Shown piece after piece: positions 40,642-51,877 of a stretch of 64,000 bases of DNA. The stretch is taken from NCBI GenBank assembly GCA_965140485.1, contig OZ223249.1, positions 731,750 through 795,749 on the forward strand, written 5' to 3'. The DNA comes from an uncultured Methylophaga sp. (GTDB lineage: Bacteria; Pseudomonadota; Gammaproteobacteria; Nitrosococcales; Methylophagaceae). Both the position numbers and the translations under genes were made by a program. Below the pieces are notes generated by a model. That model did not search any database. It had not been told where the DNA came from and saw nothing but the letters and a program-made list of their open reading frames with translations. How positions within the stretch are numbered: the stretch's first letter is position 1; each line of letters opens with the position of its first letter.

Positions 40642-42044
40642 TTTTTACGGCTCTTTCTTGGTGGACGCTGCTTTTTCTGAGGCGTACTCTGAGTAGCACT
40701 TTTTATTGCTTTATCACGGTATGGATTATCACTGGTTTTGAACTCAATCATCACCGGTGTACCCTGTAATTTAAGTACTTCTCTAAAAGTATTTTCCAGA
40801 TAACGTTTATAACTGTTTGGGGTCGACTCAGTCTGATTGCCATGAATAATAATTCTGGGAGGATTTTTCCCCCCCAAATGCGCATAACGAAATTTAATAC
40901 GTCTTCCTCTAACCAACGGCGGAGGATGATCCGCCACTGCATCTTCCAATACCCGAGTTAAGCGTGATGTAGGTACTTTTGTCATCGCTGATTGGAACGC
41001 TTGTCTGACAGACTTAAATAACAAACCAACACCACTACCGTGTAATGCTGAAATAAAGTGCGTCTTAGCAAAATTCAGAAAAGGTAAGCGACGTTCAATA
41101 TTAGTTGTTACCCATTCACGCTCACTTTTTTCGAGACCATCCCATTTATTGACGGCAATAACAACGGCACGACCGCTTTCTATAATTAAACCCGCTAAGT
41201 GCAGATCCTGTTCAACAATACCTTCATGTGCATCAAGTACCAACATAACCACATTAGCGTCTTCCAACGCTTGTAATGTTTTTAAGACACTGAACTTTTC
41301 CAGTTTTTCAGATACTTTAGAGCGTCGTCTGACACCAGCAGTGTCAATCAAAGTGTAATTGACCCCATCTTTTTCAAATGGAATATGAATACTATCGCGA
41401 GTTGTTCCAGGCTCATCAAATGCCACAACACGCTCTTCACCAAGTAAACGGTTAATTAATGTTGATTTACCAACATTGGGCCTCCCCAATACTGCTAATC
41501 GAATTTCATTTTCGTCAAACTGTTCTGGTTCATCTGTCTCTAACTTTTCAACCGCCGGGATACGCTCTTTTATTTCTTCTAGTAAGGCATCAATACCCCG
41601 ACCTTGAGTTGCAGAAATAACTTGGGGTTCACCTAACCCTAACGCATAAAACTCAGCTGAAATAATTTCACGACGCTCACCTTCTGTTTTATTGATAACA
41701 AGACAAACAGGTTTTCCGTCATTTCGTAAAAGCTGAGCCACATCAGAATCAGTTGGCATTAATCCCGCACGACCATCTACGATAAACAGAATGAGATCAG
41801 CTTCATCGATAGCAAGCTTTGCCTGCTTACGCATGAGATCGGACATATTGTCTGTTTGATCGGTGAGACCACCAGTATCAATTAAGATAAAATCAAAACC
41901 AGGTTCTCTCGCTGTGCCATATATGCGGTCACGAGTCAGGCCAGAGTAATCAGCGACAAGCGCATCACGACTTCTTGTCAGCCGATTAAATATAGTAGAT
42001 TTGCCAACATTAGGACGGCCAACCAGAGCAATTACAGGTTTCAA
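40638..42044 (-). CDS. der: Ribosome biogenesis GTPase Der
   Basis: Two GTPase domains (GRPNVGKS twice, DTGG/DTAG), C-terminal KH-like domain. Confidence 0.97.
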   Translation of the reverse strand: MKPVIALVGRPNVGKSTIFNRLTRSRDALVADYSGLTRDRIYGTAREPGFDFILIDTGGLTDQTDNMSDLMRKQAKLAIDEADLILFIVDGRAGLMPTDSDVAQLLRNDGKPVCLVINKTEGERREIISAEFYALGLGEPQVISATQGRGIDALLEEIKERIPAVEKLETDEPEQFDENEIRLAVLGRPNVGKSTLINRLLGEERVVAFDEPGTTRDSIHIPFEKDGVNYTLIDTAGVRRRSKVSEKLEKFSVLKTLQALEDANVVMLVLDAHEGIVEQDLHLAGLIIESGRAVVIAVNKWDGLEKSEREWVTTNIERRLPFLNFAKTHFISALHGSGVGLLFKSVRQAFQSAMTKVPTSRLTRVLEDAVADHPPPLVRGRRIKFRYAHLGGKNPPRIIIHGNQTESTPNSYKRYLENTFREVLKLQGTPVMIEFKTSDNPYRDKAIKSATQSTPQKKQRPPRKSRKN

Positions 42045-43213
42045 TTTTCAGGTACTCTCACTGCGGTAATACTGCCATCAGCTGCAGTAACATAAACAAC
42101 ACCATTAACAACTAATGGTTTGCTATAAATTGGACCGTCACTGAGCTGCTGACGAGAGACAAAACGACCATCATCTCTTGCGATCCAATGTAGATACCCT
42201 TCAAAATCACCAACTACAATATAGTTTCCTGCAATCGCAGGGGCTGTTACTTGACGTCGTAATAATCGTGTCTGGCGCCATAAGGCATCACCTGATCCAT
42301 CTTGAACGGCCCAAACATAGCCTTCATCATCAGTCACATAGACAGCATTTTGATAAGCCACATCCAGCCCAATTTGTGAAGACATATCACGTGACCATAA
42401 AACTCGACCCGAATTGATATCTACAGCTGCCAATTGTCCTTGGTATGTCACTACGTAGACAGTGTCGTCTACAACCACTGGATCAGCATCAATATCGACT
42501 AAACGTTCCAGCTCTGTGCGACCACGAGGAATAGCAATACTTTTTTCCCATAGTACTTTGCCATCATTTAATGATAGAGCAACTAATTTACCGTTATCAT
42601 AACCGGCGATGACTTCATTACTAGCGATCACCGGACGACCAGCACCTCGCAAGCTCAGTAATGGGACAGCACGCTGGTATGACCATATCACTTTGCCATC
42701 ATCAGCAGAAATGCCAGACACTCGGCCATCAGATGTACGGCTGACTACAACACCATTTGCCGATGTTGATGGAGCAAGGACTTCACTGGTCAATTGTGTG
42801 CGCCATAGTTCTTTGCCATCAGCTTCATTCAAGGCGACTAGTTCACCTTTATCAGAGCCAACATAAACCATTTCCATACCGCCACCAACACCCGTGACGA
42901 CATTGAAATCAAGATCAACATCCCAGATTTCACGTCCAGTTTCGGCATTAAGTGCTGTCACTTCACCCTCATGGTCAACAGCAAAGATTTTATTATTTTG
43001 CCACCAGGAAGCGAGAGCGAGTTTCTTTTCATCGGTGCCGTCGTTGACGCCTTTATCCCATAAAATCTTTGGGCTCAGCTCACTGACAAATTCTGTTAAT
43101 GGTTCTGGCGGTTCTTCATAAGACTCTTCAGCAAACCAACCGCCAACCGTACTACAGGCTGTTAAAGCTGTGAGTGAAAATCCGATCGCCAATAATCGTA
43201 AATTAACTTTCAT
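42041..43213 (-). CDS. bamB: Outer membrane assembly lipoprotein BamB
   Basis: Lipobox LTAC, PQQ-like beta-propeller repeats, RGRTELERLVDIDADP; yfgM-bamB-der synteny. Confidence 0.93.
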   Translation of the reverse strand: MKVNLRLLAIGFSLTALTACSTVGGWFAEESYEEPPEPLTEFVSELSPKILWDKGVNDGTDEKKLALASWWQNNKIFAVDHEGEVTALNAETGREIWDVDLDFNVVTGVGGGMEMVYVGSDKGELVALNEADGKELWRTQLTSEVLAPSTSANGVVVSRTSDGRVSGISADDGKVIWSYQRAVPLLSLRGAGRPVIASNEVIAGYDNGKLVALSLNDGKVLWEKSIAIPRGRTELERLVDIDADPVVVDDTVYVVTYQGQLAAVDINSGRVLWSRDMSSQIGLDVAYQNAVYVTDDEGYVWAVQDGSGDALWRQTRLLRRQVTAPAIAGNYIVVGDFEGYLHWIARDDGRFVSRQQLSDGPIYSKPLVVNGVVYVTAADGSITAVRVPEN

Positions 43214-43844
43214 GAGCTACGGCCACATCGTCTAATTTCATTTTAATTAATGATTGTCTGGGTGCACCCGCATTCAACCCCATTAAAGCTTTTTGATAAG
43301 CCGCATGTGCTTCTTCAGCCTCACCTTGCGCAGTTTTAATGTCTCCCTCCAACTCGGCAAACAGTGAGTTGAATGCTTCTGCATCATTTGACTTCACTTG
43401 CTTTAATGCTTCATCTAACTGACCATGGTCAAACTCAACCTTTGCCAACCGTAATCTTGCTAACGCTATATGGCCTGATAATTTGGCATTAGCAATCACC
43501 CAGCGCAAATAATCTTTTGCTTTATCAAATTCCCCTGCCTCACTGGCTTTTTCAGCCATTTGTAACGCAGCAAATACAGCATAGGCACTATTTTTATTGT
43601 CTTGCATTAATTTTTCGGTAGTCGCCTGAGCAGCTTCAGTGTCTTCATTACTCACTGAAACGATAGCTTGCTGATACATCATCGCCGCTTGCTGAGTTTG
43701 AACTTGTTGGTAGTTCATCCAATAACGAACACCAAAAATACCTGCAATACCCAGTATCACACCTATAAAAACAGAACGGCCATTTTCTCGCCACCACTGC
43801 TTTATCGCTTCCGCTTTTTCTTCATCAGATGCATAGATATCCAT
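43203..43844 (-). CDS. yfgM: YfgM ancillary SecYEG/BAM chaperone (TPR_21)
   Basis: EEKAEAIKQWWRENG, TM, LARLRLAK, GDI. Confidence 0.88.
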   Translation of the reverse strand: MDIYASDEEKAEAIKQWWRENGRSVFIGVILGIAGIFGVRYWMNYQQVQTQQAAMMYQQAIVSVSNEDTEAAQATTEKLMQDNKNSAYAVFAALQMAEKASEAGEFDKAKDYLRWVIANAKLSGHIALARLRLAKVEFDHGQLDEALKQVKSNDAEAFNSLFAELEGDIKTAQGEAEEAHAAYQKALMGLNAGAPRQSLIKMKLDDVAVAHES

Positions 43845-43964
43845 GCGGTCTCCTCAACATCGGTTTTATGATCAACATAATATAAAGCGCTTGATTATAC
43901 GTTTTTATACACGGCTTGTGGATCAACAATTCATTTAAGAATATGCACCACACCTTACCAACGA

Positions 43965-44011
43965 GCACCAAAGCGGTGCCCTAATAATAAAAAATGCACC
44001 ATAATGGTTCC
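43965..44011. promoter_or_regulatory. Paired NtrC binding sites upstream of amt
   Basis: GCACCA-aag-CGGTGC (43965-43979) and TGCACCA-taa-TGGTTCC (43995-44011), 31 bp apart. Confidence 0.7.
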
Positions 44012-44075
44012 CAATATACATCTATATTAGATATAAATATTTATAGAATACTGATTTATAAATACTTTTTAATTT

Positions 44076-44091
44076 TGGTGCAGGTCTTGCT
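44076..44091 (+). promoter_or_regulatory. Sigma-54 (-24/-12) promoter of amt
   Basis: TGGTGCAGGTCTTGCT: GG at 44077-44078, 10 nt, GC at 44089-44090. Confidence 0.6.
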
Positions 44092-44132
44092 ATTTTGGTG
44101 CTTTATATCTAAACCAACGAGGGGATAGGATA

Positions 44133-45317
44133 GTGAATAGTGCAAATGATGTTTTGTTTATATTACTAGGCGCCATAATGGTGCTAGCCATGCATGCTGG
44201 CTTTGCGTTCTTAGAAGTCGGAACAGTTCGTAAAAAAAATCAGGTTAATGCACTGGTGAAAATTATCGTTGATTTTGCAATATCAACTATTGCTTACTTC
44301 TTCATCGGTTACGGTATCGCCTATAACTTACATTTTTTTGATGCCGCCCCCACGCTTAATGAAAACTATGGCTACGGCCTGGTGAAATTCTTCTTTTTAC
44401 TTACCTTCGCTGCGGCTATCCCGGCCATTATTTCAGGCGGGATTGCAGAAAGAGCTAAGTTTTATCCTCAATTGATCGCTACTTTTTTTGTGGCCGGATT
44501 TATTTATCCATTTTTTGAAAGTATCAGCTGGAATGGTGCATTCGGTATCCAGGACTGGCTCAATAATAATTTTGGCGCAAGCTTCCATGACTTTGCTGGT
44601 TCTGTTGTTGTTCATGCAGTCGGTGGCTGGATCGCATTAGCTGCGGTTTTACATTTAGGTCCACGTCATGGTCGCTATGGTAAGAAAGGTGAGATTTTTG
44701 CACATCCACCTTCAAATATCCCCTTTTTAGCTTTGGGAGCATGGATATTAACCGTTGGTTGGTTTGGCTTTAATGTAATGTCAGCTCAGAGTATTGATGG
44801 TATAAGTGGGCTAGTTGCAATTAACTCTTTGATGGCTATGGTTGGCGGTATTTTAGCCTCATGTCTCATCGGTAAAAATGACCCAGGTTTCGTTCATAAC
44901 GGCCCATTGGCTGGATTGGTTGCAGTTTGTGCAGGTTCTGACATTATGCATCCCTTAGGTGCACTTGTTACTGGGCTTGTTGCAGGCGCGTTATTTGTAT
45001 TCACTTTCACTTTGACACAAAACAAATGGAAGATAGATGATGTCCTTGGTGTTTGGCCTCTACATGGACTCTGTGGCGTGTGGGGCGGTATTGCTGCTGG
45101 AATATTTGGTCAGGTCGCGCTAGGTGGAATGGGGGGTGTCAGCTTAACCTCGCAGCTTATTGGCACTGGGCTAGGAGTGTTAACAGCATTTACCGGTGGG
45201 TTTGTGGTGTATGGCCTACTCAAGCTAATGCTTGGCTTAAGATTAACGCAAGAGCAGGAATATGAAGGTGCCGACTTGAGTATTCATAAAATCACAGCAA
45301 CACCCAATAATGATTGA
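44133..45317 (+). CDS. amt: Ammonium transporter (Amt family)
   Basis: MHAGFAFLEVG.VR.KN.VN, HDFAGSVVVH, GWFGFN, DDVLGVWPLHG; GTG start. Confidence 0.93.
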   Translation: MNSANDVLFILLGAIMVLAMHAGFAFLEVGTVRKKNQVNALVKIIVDFAISTIAYFFIGYGIAYNLHFFDAAPTLNENYGYGLVKFFFLLTFAAAIPAIISGGIAERAKFYPQLIATFFVAGFIYPFFESISWNGAFGIQDWLNNNFGASFHDFAGSVVVHAVGGWIALAAVLHLGPRHGRYGKKGEIFAHPPSNIPFLALGAWILTVGWFGFNVMSAQSIDGISGLVAINSLMAMVGGILASCLIGKNDPGFVHNGPLAGLVAVCAGSDIMHPLGALVTGLVAGALFVFTFTLTQNKWKIDDVLGVWPLHGLCGVWGGIAAGIFGQVALGGMGGVSLTSQLIGTGLGVLTAFTGGFVVYGLLKLMLGLRLTQEQEYEGADLSIHKITATPNND

Positions 45318-45348
45318 ATGATAATGGAATAAAGGCATAATCCGATAT

Positions 45349-46119
45349 TTAACGGATTATGCCGCCTTCCTGTTCCTTGAGAAAACCAGATAACATAGAT
45401 ATTTCATCTGACTCTGCATCTATATCATTGATCCTGACTTCTGCTTCTTCCAGCTTTAAACCAGAGCGATATAAATACTTATAGGCTTGTCTGATATTCT
45501 TGATTTGTATATCGCTAAAACCACGTCTGCGAAGACCTTCAACATTAATGCCGAACGGTTTTGCCATATGTCCTGATACCAACACGTAAGGCGGCACATT
45601 TCTGGAAATGACACTCCCCATAGCACTGAAGGAATGTGAGCCCATGTAATTAAACTGACTGATTAAGGTAAAACCACCCAGAATGACAAAGTCATCAATA
45701 ATCACATGACCAGCTAGCGAGGCATTATTAGCAAAAATATTGTCGTTGCCGATAATACAATCGTGTGCAATATGAACATAGGCCATAATCCAATTATTAC
45801 TGCCTAGCCGTGTTACCCCACCACCTTGAACGGTACCACGATTGATAGTTACTGACTCACGAATAAGGTTGTTATCACCAATTTCGAGTAATGTATCTTC
45901 ACCGTGATATTTTTTATCTTGAGGCTCTTCACCTATTGAGGCAAACTGGAATATACGGTTATTTCTGCCAATTTTTGTCGGTCCGTTTATCACCACATGT
46001 GATGCGATTTCGGTGCCTTCACCGATCTCAACTTGTGGACCGATGACAGAAAATGGACCAATTTTGACATTATCAGCAATAACGGCACTTGGGTCTATGA
46101 TAGCTGTTTGATGAATCAC
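45349..46119 (-). CDS. lpxA: UDP-N-acetylglucosamine acyltransferase
   Basis: [29 protein letters not shown] hexapeptide repeats. Confidence 0.96.
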   Translation of the reverse strand: MIHQTAIIDPSAVIADNVKIGPFSVIGPQVEIGEGTEIASHVVINGPTKIGRNNRIFQFASIGEEPQDKKYHGEDTLLEIGDNNLIRESVTINRGTVQGGGVTRLGSNNWIMAYVHIAHDCIIGNDNIFANNASLAGHVIIDDFVILGGFTLISQFNYMGSHSFSAMGSVISRNVPPYVLVSGHMAKPFGINVEGLRRRGFSDIQIKNIRQAYKYLYRSGLKLEEAEVRINDIDAESDEISMLSGFLKEQEGGIIR

Positions 46120-46565
46120 TTCGGCATTTCTTGGTTAACACACATGATATCTGCGCTGACGACGACTTCACCATCAACACTTGCTTCACCTGTAAACTTC
46201 CATAAGTTACGCTTATTCTTTTCTAGTTTCACTTCCAGTCTCAGCTGATCACCAGGTTCCACTGGCTTTTTGAAACGCGCATTATCAATACCAGCTAGAT
46301 AATATAATGCTTCATCAGAGCGGATTTCATCAGCTGTCTTAAATGCTAATAGCCCGGTTGCTTGCGCAAGCGATTCAAGGATTAACACACCCGGCATAAT
46401 AACCCGCTGTGGGAAATGTCCAGTGAAATGTGGCTCGTTGAATGTGACATTTTTTATGCCGACTAAGCGCTCACCTGGCGTAAATTCTATAACCCTATCG
46501 ATCAACAAAAAAGGGTACCGATGAGGCAAAAGCCGTTGAATTTCATGTATGTCAATCGTGTTCAA
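46116..46565 (-). CDS. fabZ: 3-hydroxyacyl-ACP dehydratase
   Basis: [32 protein letters not shown]. Confidence 0.96.
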   Translation of the reverse strand: MNTIDIHEIQRLLPHRYPFLLIDRVIEFTPGERLVGIKNVTFNEPHFTGHFPQRVIMPGVLILESLAQATGLLAFKTADEIRSDEALYYLAGIDNARFKKPVEPGDQLRLEVKLEKNKRNLWKFTGEASVDGEVVVSADIMCVNQEMPK

Positions 46566-46652
46566 GCTAATATCCCTTGACTATCATTGTATTTAAAAGA
46601 CCGACAATGTTACTGCGAGATAGGGCTTTGGTAAAGCAAAAGAACATTTCGA

Positions 46653-47669
46653 TCAATCTTTATGTAGCTCTTCAAGCTGTTTAACACGATCAAATAATTT
46701 ATCCATTTGGCGATATCTAATCACGTTTTTGTGCCATTGTTTGGTTGGCTCTACTGGTATACCAGAAGAATACACACCAGACTCATTGATGGACTTGGTC
46801 ACCATGCTCATCCCCGTCAACTGGACGCCACTAGCGATGTTGATATGCCCTGCCATTCCAGTTCCGCCACCTATCGCACAGTACTCACCAATGGACGTAC
46901 TACCAGCAATACCAGTACATCCAGCAATTACTGTATGCTTACCAATAGTGACATTGTGTCCGATTTGTATTTGATTATCGAGCTTTACACCTTCGGCAAT
47001 AAAAGTATCTTCGATTGCACCTCTGTCAATGGTTGTATTAGCGCCAATTTCGACATCATTACCGATTGATACAGAGCCTACTTGAGGTACTTTTATCCAG
47101 TTTCCGTTATCATTAGCGATGCCAAAACCATCAGCACCAATAACGACACCAGGATGAAGAATCGCACGTTCTCCAATAACGACACCAAAACATAAAGTCA
47201 CATTGGGACGAAGTTTTGAGCCTGTATGAATAATAACATCACGCTCAATCACGCACCCTGCACCAATAACAACATCATCTTCTATGATGACATTTTGCTC
47301 GATAACCACATTAGCACCAATACTGACATTACTGCCAATTTTTGCCGATGGATCAAGTGACGCTGAGGGGTGAATTACAGGAAGCTTTTTCTCAATTGGA
47401 TGCAGCAGACTGGCTGCTTTTGCATAAGCCACATAAGGATCATCAACTTCTATTGCATTTGTCATGACATATTCTGACATGCCTTTCGATACAATAATGA
47501 CACCTGCCTGTGATTGCTTTAGAAATTTTTTATATTTTGGATTTGATAAAAAGCTAAGCTGAGTCGAGTCAGCATTTGATAAGGTACCGACGCTACTAAC
47601 TGAATAGTTAGCATCGCCGATAACATTACCATTGATATATTGTGCTATTTGAGCAAGAGTCGAACTCAC
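46653..47669 (-). CDS. lpxD: UDP-3-O-acyl-glucosamine N-acyltransferase
   Basis: LSFLSNPKY, GADGFG, GANTTIDRGA, KLDNQIQIGHN. Confidence 0.96.
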   Translation of the reverse strand: MSSTLAQIAQYINGNVIGDANYSVSSVGTLSNADSTQLSFLSNPKYKKFLKQSQAGVIIVSKGMSEYVMTNAIEVDDPYVAYAKAASLLHPIEKKLPVIHPSASLDPSAKIGSNVSIGANVVIEQNVIIEDDVVIGAGCVIERDVIIHTGSKLRPNVTLCFGVVIGERAILHPGVVIGADGFGIANDNGNWIKVPQVGSVSIGNDVEIGANTTIDRGAIEDTFIAEGVKLDNQIQIGHNVTIGKHTVIAGCTGIAGSTSIGEYCAIGGGTGMAGHINIASGVQLTGMSMVTKSINESGVYSSGIPVEPTKQWHKNVIRYRQMDKLFDRVKQLEELHKD

Positions 47670-47678
47670 AGATGTACT

Positions 47679-48185
47679 CTATTTTTTAGATTTTAACATT
47701 TCCAAAACTTTGTCAGTTAAATCAACTTTATCACTGGCAAAAATAACACCCTGATATAAAACTAAGTCATAAGATTCTTTCTTAGCTAAGTCGACAATCG
47801 TTTCAGCGATGTCTTTTTCGAGCTTTCTCAGTTCTTCATTGCGGCGGATTGATAAGTCTTCACTATACTCATCCTGAAGGCGTTGTAATTCACGTTGATC
47901 ACTCAATAAATCGCGTTCTTTATTACGACGTTGATCTGCACTTAAAATAGCGCCGTCTTTTTTTAGTTTTTCCTGAGCAGCTCTTAATGCTTTATGTTTC
48001 GCTTCTAGTGACTTACTTCTTGCTGAGAATTCTTTTTCTAACCGCGCGAGTGCTGCTGCTTTCTGTGGTGATTTATCGAGCACCACGCCTGCATTTACAA
48101 CACCGATTTTTAGGTCTGCTGCATAACTAGCAGGTGCGGCGATGAACAATGCAAATAATAGCCAAATAAACTTAAAATTCTTCAC
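47679..48185 (-). CDS. skp: Periplasmic chaperone Skp/OmpH
   Basis: Signal peptide, KIGVVN, LEKEFS.R, YDLVL; probable GTG start with GGAG. Confidence 0.9.
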   Translation of the reverse strand: MKNFKFIWLLFALFIAAPASYAADLKIGVVNAGVVLDKSPQKAAALARLEKEFSARSKSLEAKHKALRAAQEKLKKDGAILSADQRRNKERDLLSDQRELQRLQDEYSEDLSIRRNEELRKLEKDIAETIVDLAKKESYDLVLYQGVIFASDKVDLTDKVLEMLKSKK

Positions 48186-48204
48186 ACTCAACTCCAATAA
48201 TTAA

Positions 48205-50493
48205 TTAAAACGTCGAACCTAATGAGAACTGGAATGCTTCAGTCTCATCGCCGTCTTCTTTCTTCAACGGTGCCGCTATACTAAATGACATTGCACCGAA
48301 TGGTGAAATCCATATAGCTGACAAACCTGCTGAATATCTCAATAATCCTGCATCAAAATCTTGGTCCACATCATAAACATTACCAAAGTCAGTAAATGCA
48401 CTGAGACGGAAAGATTTTAACGTTTTTTTCATAAACGGTACTGGGAATATCACTTCAGCGCCACCACTGACCAGTAAGTTACCACCTAAAGGTTCATCAT
48501 CTTCTTTAACACCCAAGGTATTCGCTTGGAAACCTCTGACGCTTCTGATACCACCCGCATAGAAGTTCTGGAAGAAAGGAAACTCTTCTGTATCACCGTA
48601 TGAATCACCATAACCAAACTCACCTCTCAACGAGAAAGTAAAAGTATCGTTAATCGGATGATAAGCATTCGCCTTATATTTTAGCTTGTAGTACTGCAAT
48701 GAAGGACCTGGTACAGCAAACTCACCAGTCAAGGTCTGAGAGACACCGCTTGTTGGCAACAATGCGTTATTACGGTCATCACTTGACCAACCAAGATTTA
48801 ATGTCACAGTATCAAAGGTATCACCTTCGCGCTCAATAAAATCAGAATAACGTGAAATAGTATTATCAGAAGGTAGATCAATTTGAGTACGTTCATAACC
48901 AACACCGAGGTTAATACGGTTTTCTTCTGAAATTGGAATACCAAAAGTGATATCACCACCAAAAGCATCCAAAGTATACGTCGCGATATTAGCTTCATCA
49001 GCATCGGTTTCACGATAAAACGCATTAAAGCCCTGACTGATACCGTCAACGGTCACAAATGGATTTGTGTAACCGAAGCTATAGACGGTATTGATACTAC
49101 TATTATTGAAACCAAACCGAACGTGTTTACCACTACCCAAAAAGTTTTTCTGTGTCACATTGGCATTAAAAATCAGACCATCAGATTGTGAAAAACCGAT
49201 ACCGGCAGAAAGACTACCAGACGGTGTTTCAGTAACACCAAAATCCAAATCAACCTGATCCTGCACACCTGCGACCGGTATGGTTTCAACGTTAACATTC
49301 TCAAAGTAGCCCAGACGAGAAACCCTTGCTTTTGATTGCTCTACTTTTTCGGTAGATATCCATGCTGATTCTTGTTGACGAAACTCACGTCGTAATACTT
49401 CGTCACGAGTTTTACTGTTACCAGAGATATTAATACGTCTGACATAGGCTCTGCGGCCTGGATCTACGAAAAAGGTCAATTCTACTTCACGATTTTCTCG
49501 GTCAATCTCAGGTACAGCATTCACATTAGCAAAGGCATAACCATCATTACCTAAACGATTCGTTAAGTTCTCTGTACTCTTTGTGATGGCCTTACGTGAA
49601 AATACAGAATTTTCGCGAATTGTAATTAACTTAAAGAGCTGATCTTCAGGGACAATCAAATTCCCTGCGAGACGCACCTGATTGATTTTATATTTTTCGC
49701 CTTCACTGATATTAATCGTGATGAACATATGCTTTTTATCATCACTGATAGAGACCTGTGTCGACTCAACTGTGAAATCAACATAACCGCGGTCCAGATA
49801 AAAAGAGCGCAATGTTTCTAAATCAGCGGATAATTTTTGACGTGAATACTGGTTGTCTTTGGTCAGGAAGGACAGTAATGACCCAGTTGTCGTTTGAAAG
49901 TCGGTCATCAATTCTTCATCATCATAAGCATGATTACCAACAATATTAATTTCACTAATTGTGGCGACGACACCTTCTTTCATTGTAATACGGATAGCGA
50001 CACGGTTTCGTGGCAGAGGTGTGACTTCAGAATTGATCACAACCCCATATTTACCACGACTGAAATACTGACGTTCCAGCTCAAGCTCAACTCGTTCAAG
50101 CATCGCTTGTTCAAATACCTGACCTTCACCAAAACCGATTTCACGCAGTGATTTAAGTAATTCTGCAGAGTCCATGTCTTTGTTACCAACAAGCTCAATG
50201 CTAGATATGGCTGGACGCTCTTTTACTTTAATGACCAGTACATTGTCCTGTTTTTCGACTTCAACATCATTGAAGTACTTCGACTTAAACAATGAGCGAA
50301 TAATGCCTTTTGCATCATTATCCGTCATCGTGTCGCCAACTTTTACCGGAAGATAGTTAAAGACTGTACCAGCAGATATACGCTGTAATCCTTCTATACG
50401 AATATCTTCGATGGTAAAGGACTCAGCATTAGCGACTGAAAAAAAACAGAAAAAGAAAAGTATAGGCAGTAATTTATTCATTGTTATCAGCAA
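48205..50493 (-). CDS. bamA: Outer membrane protein assembly factor BamA
   Basis: POTRA repeats (GLQRISAG, GN.KTRDEVLRRE), FYAGG..SVRGF, C-terminal FQFSLGSTF. Confidence 0.96.
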   Translation of the reverse strand: MLITMNKLLPILFFFCFFSVANAESFTIEDIRIEGLQRISAGTVFNYLPVKVGDTMTDNDAKGIIRSLFKSKYFNDVEVEKQDNVLVIKVKERPAISSIELVGNKDMDSAELLKSLREIGFGEGQVFEQAMLERVELELERQYFSRGKYGVVINSEVTPLPRNRVAIRITMKEGVVATISEINIVGNHAYDDEELMTDFQTTTGSLLSFLTKDNQYSRQKLSADLETLRSFYLDRGYVDFTVESTQVSISDDKKHMFITINISEGEKYKINQVRLAGNLIVPEDQLFKLITIRENSVFSRKAITKSTENLTNRLGNDGYAFANVNAVPEIDRENREVELTFFVDPGRRAYVRRINISGNSKTRDEVLRREFRQQESAWISTEKVEQSKARVSRLGYFENVNVETIPVAGVQDQVDLDFGVTETPSGSLSAGIGFSQSDGLIFNANVTQKNFLGSGKHVRFGFNNSSINTVYSFGYTNPFVTVDGISQGFNAFYRETDADEANIATYTLDAFGGDITFGIPISEENRINLGVGYERTQIDLPSDNTISRYSDFIEREGDTFDTVTLNLGWSSDDRNNALLPTSGVSQTLTGEFAVPGPSLQYYKLKYKANAYHPINDTFTFSLRGEFGYGDSYGDTEEFPFFQNFYAGGIRSVRGFQANTLGVKEDDEPLGGNLLVSGGAEVIFPVPFMKKTLKSFRLSAFTDFGNVYDVDQDFDAGLLRYSAGLSAIWISPFGAMSFSIAAPLKKEDGDETEAFQFSLGSTF

Positions 50494-50539
50494 TAACTAT
50501 CCGTCGACGAAAGAGTAAGTGTACCTGCAATTAAACTGA

Positions 50540-51877
50540 TTATCCAAACACTCTTGATAGATCATTAAAAAAGGCAATAAACATCACCATTATCAAAACC
50601 AAAAAGCCTACTTTCTGTATCTGTACTTGTACAGTTTCTGAAAGTGGTTTGCCTCTGACGGCCTCAAATGCAAACATCGCCAGATGCCCACCATCCAACA
50701 TGGGAATAGGTAACAGATTCAGGATGCCTAGCGTAATACTTATCATGGCAAGAAAACTGATGAATGACGTAATGCCTTGCTCAGCCGAACTGCCTGCGAT
50801 TTGTGCAATACTGATAGGACCACCTAAGTTATCCGTAGATACTTTTCCCGTTATCATCCCCCACAAACTTTTTAATGTTGATGAGGAGAAGTCCCAGGTC
50901 TGAATAACAGCCTCTTTGAATGCAGCAACAGGACCATACCTTAATTCAGCCTGTAATGTTTTTGGTATCTTGGTTTGGCTGGAATCTACTGCTGCTCCGA
51001 TTCGACCATTCCCATCCTCACCAGCTTCCGGCGTGATCGTCCTTGTCAGACGCTCACCGTTTCGTTCAATTTCAATATTTAGACTTTTACCTGCACTAGC
51101 CTGAATCAATTCCACCCATTGCTGCCAATTAGAAATGGCTTGCTGCTGTGAGGATAGAAGAACATCCCCCACTTTCAACCCTGCTTTCTGGGCAGGAGAA
51201 TCTGGCATAACTTTACCTAATACAGGCTTTATTGCGGGTCGTAGTGGTTCAACCCCTATTTTTTCTAGGATATTTCCAGCTTGATCAATGCCGACCTGAG
51301 GTAATATAAAAGAATGATATTGCTGAATACCCGAGCTAAGCACCATCATTTTGACGTCTTCACCGTATTCTGCTTTTTGTATTAATGCTTTATATACACT
51401 ATTCCAAGTCGGTGTTTGCTTACCATCGATCTCAACAATCTGATCCCCAGCGACAAGCCCTGCTTGGGCGGCAATTGATGCTGGACGGACATCATCAATA
51501 ACCGGCTTAATACCGGAAACACCGACGACGAACAGAAGCCAGTAGGCAAAAATGGCAAAAATCAGATTAGCAATTGGGCCTGCAGAAACAATCGCAACTC
51601 GCTTCATCAGCGACTGTCGGTTAAATGCATACTGAGCTTGTTCTTCACTGACTGGCATTTCTCGCTCATCCAGCATTTTCACATATCCACCCATTGGAAT
51701 AGGTGCTAACACATATTCAGTGCCATCTTTACCCACTTTTTGCCAAATAGGTTTACCGAAGCCAACAGAAAATCGTAAAACTTTGACTCCACAGCGTCTC
51801 GCTACCCAGAAATGGCCATATTCATGAATAATAATCAGAAGAGCTAAGGCAATTAGAAAGAATATTAATGAATGCAT
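50540..51877 (-). CDS. rseP: RIP metalloprotease RseP
   Basis: HEYGH, GGYVKM, two PDZ domains, NLLPIPMLDGGH. Confidence 0.95.
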   Translation of the reverse strand: MHSLIFFLIALALLIIIHEYGHFWVARRCGVKVLRFSVGFGKPIWQKVGKDGTEYVLAPIPMGGYVKMLDEREMPVSEEQAQYAFNRQSLMKRVAIVSAGPIANLIFAIFAYWLLFVVGVSGIKPVIDDVRPASIAAQAGLVAGDQIVEIDGKQTPTWNSVYKALIQKAEYGEDVKMMVLSSGIQQYHSFILPQVGIDQAGNILEKIGVEPLRPAIKPVLGKVMPDSPAQKAGLKVGDVLLSSQQQAISNWQQWVELIQASAGKSLNIEIERNGERLTRTITPEAGEDGNGRIGAAVDSSQTKIPKTLQAELRYGPVAAFKEAVIQTWDFSSSTLKSLWGMITGKVSTDNLGGPISIAQIAGSSAEQGITSFISFLAMISITLGILNLLPIPMLDGGHLAMFAFEAVRGKPLSETVQVQIQKVGFLVLIMVMFIAFFNDLSRVFG

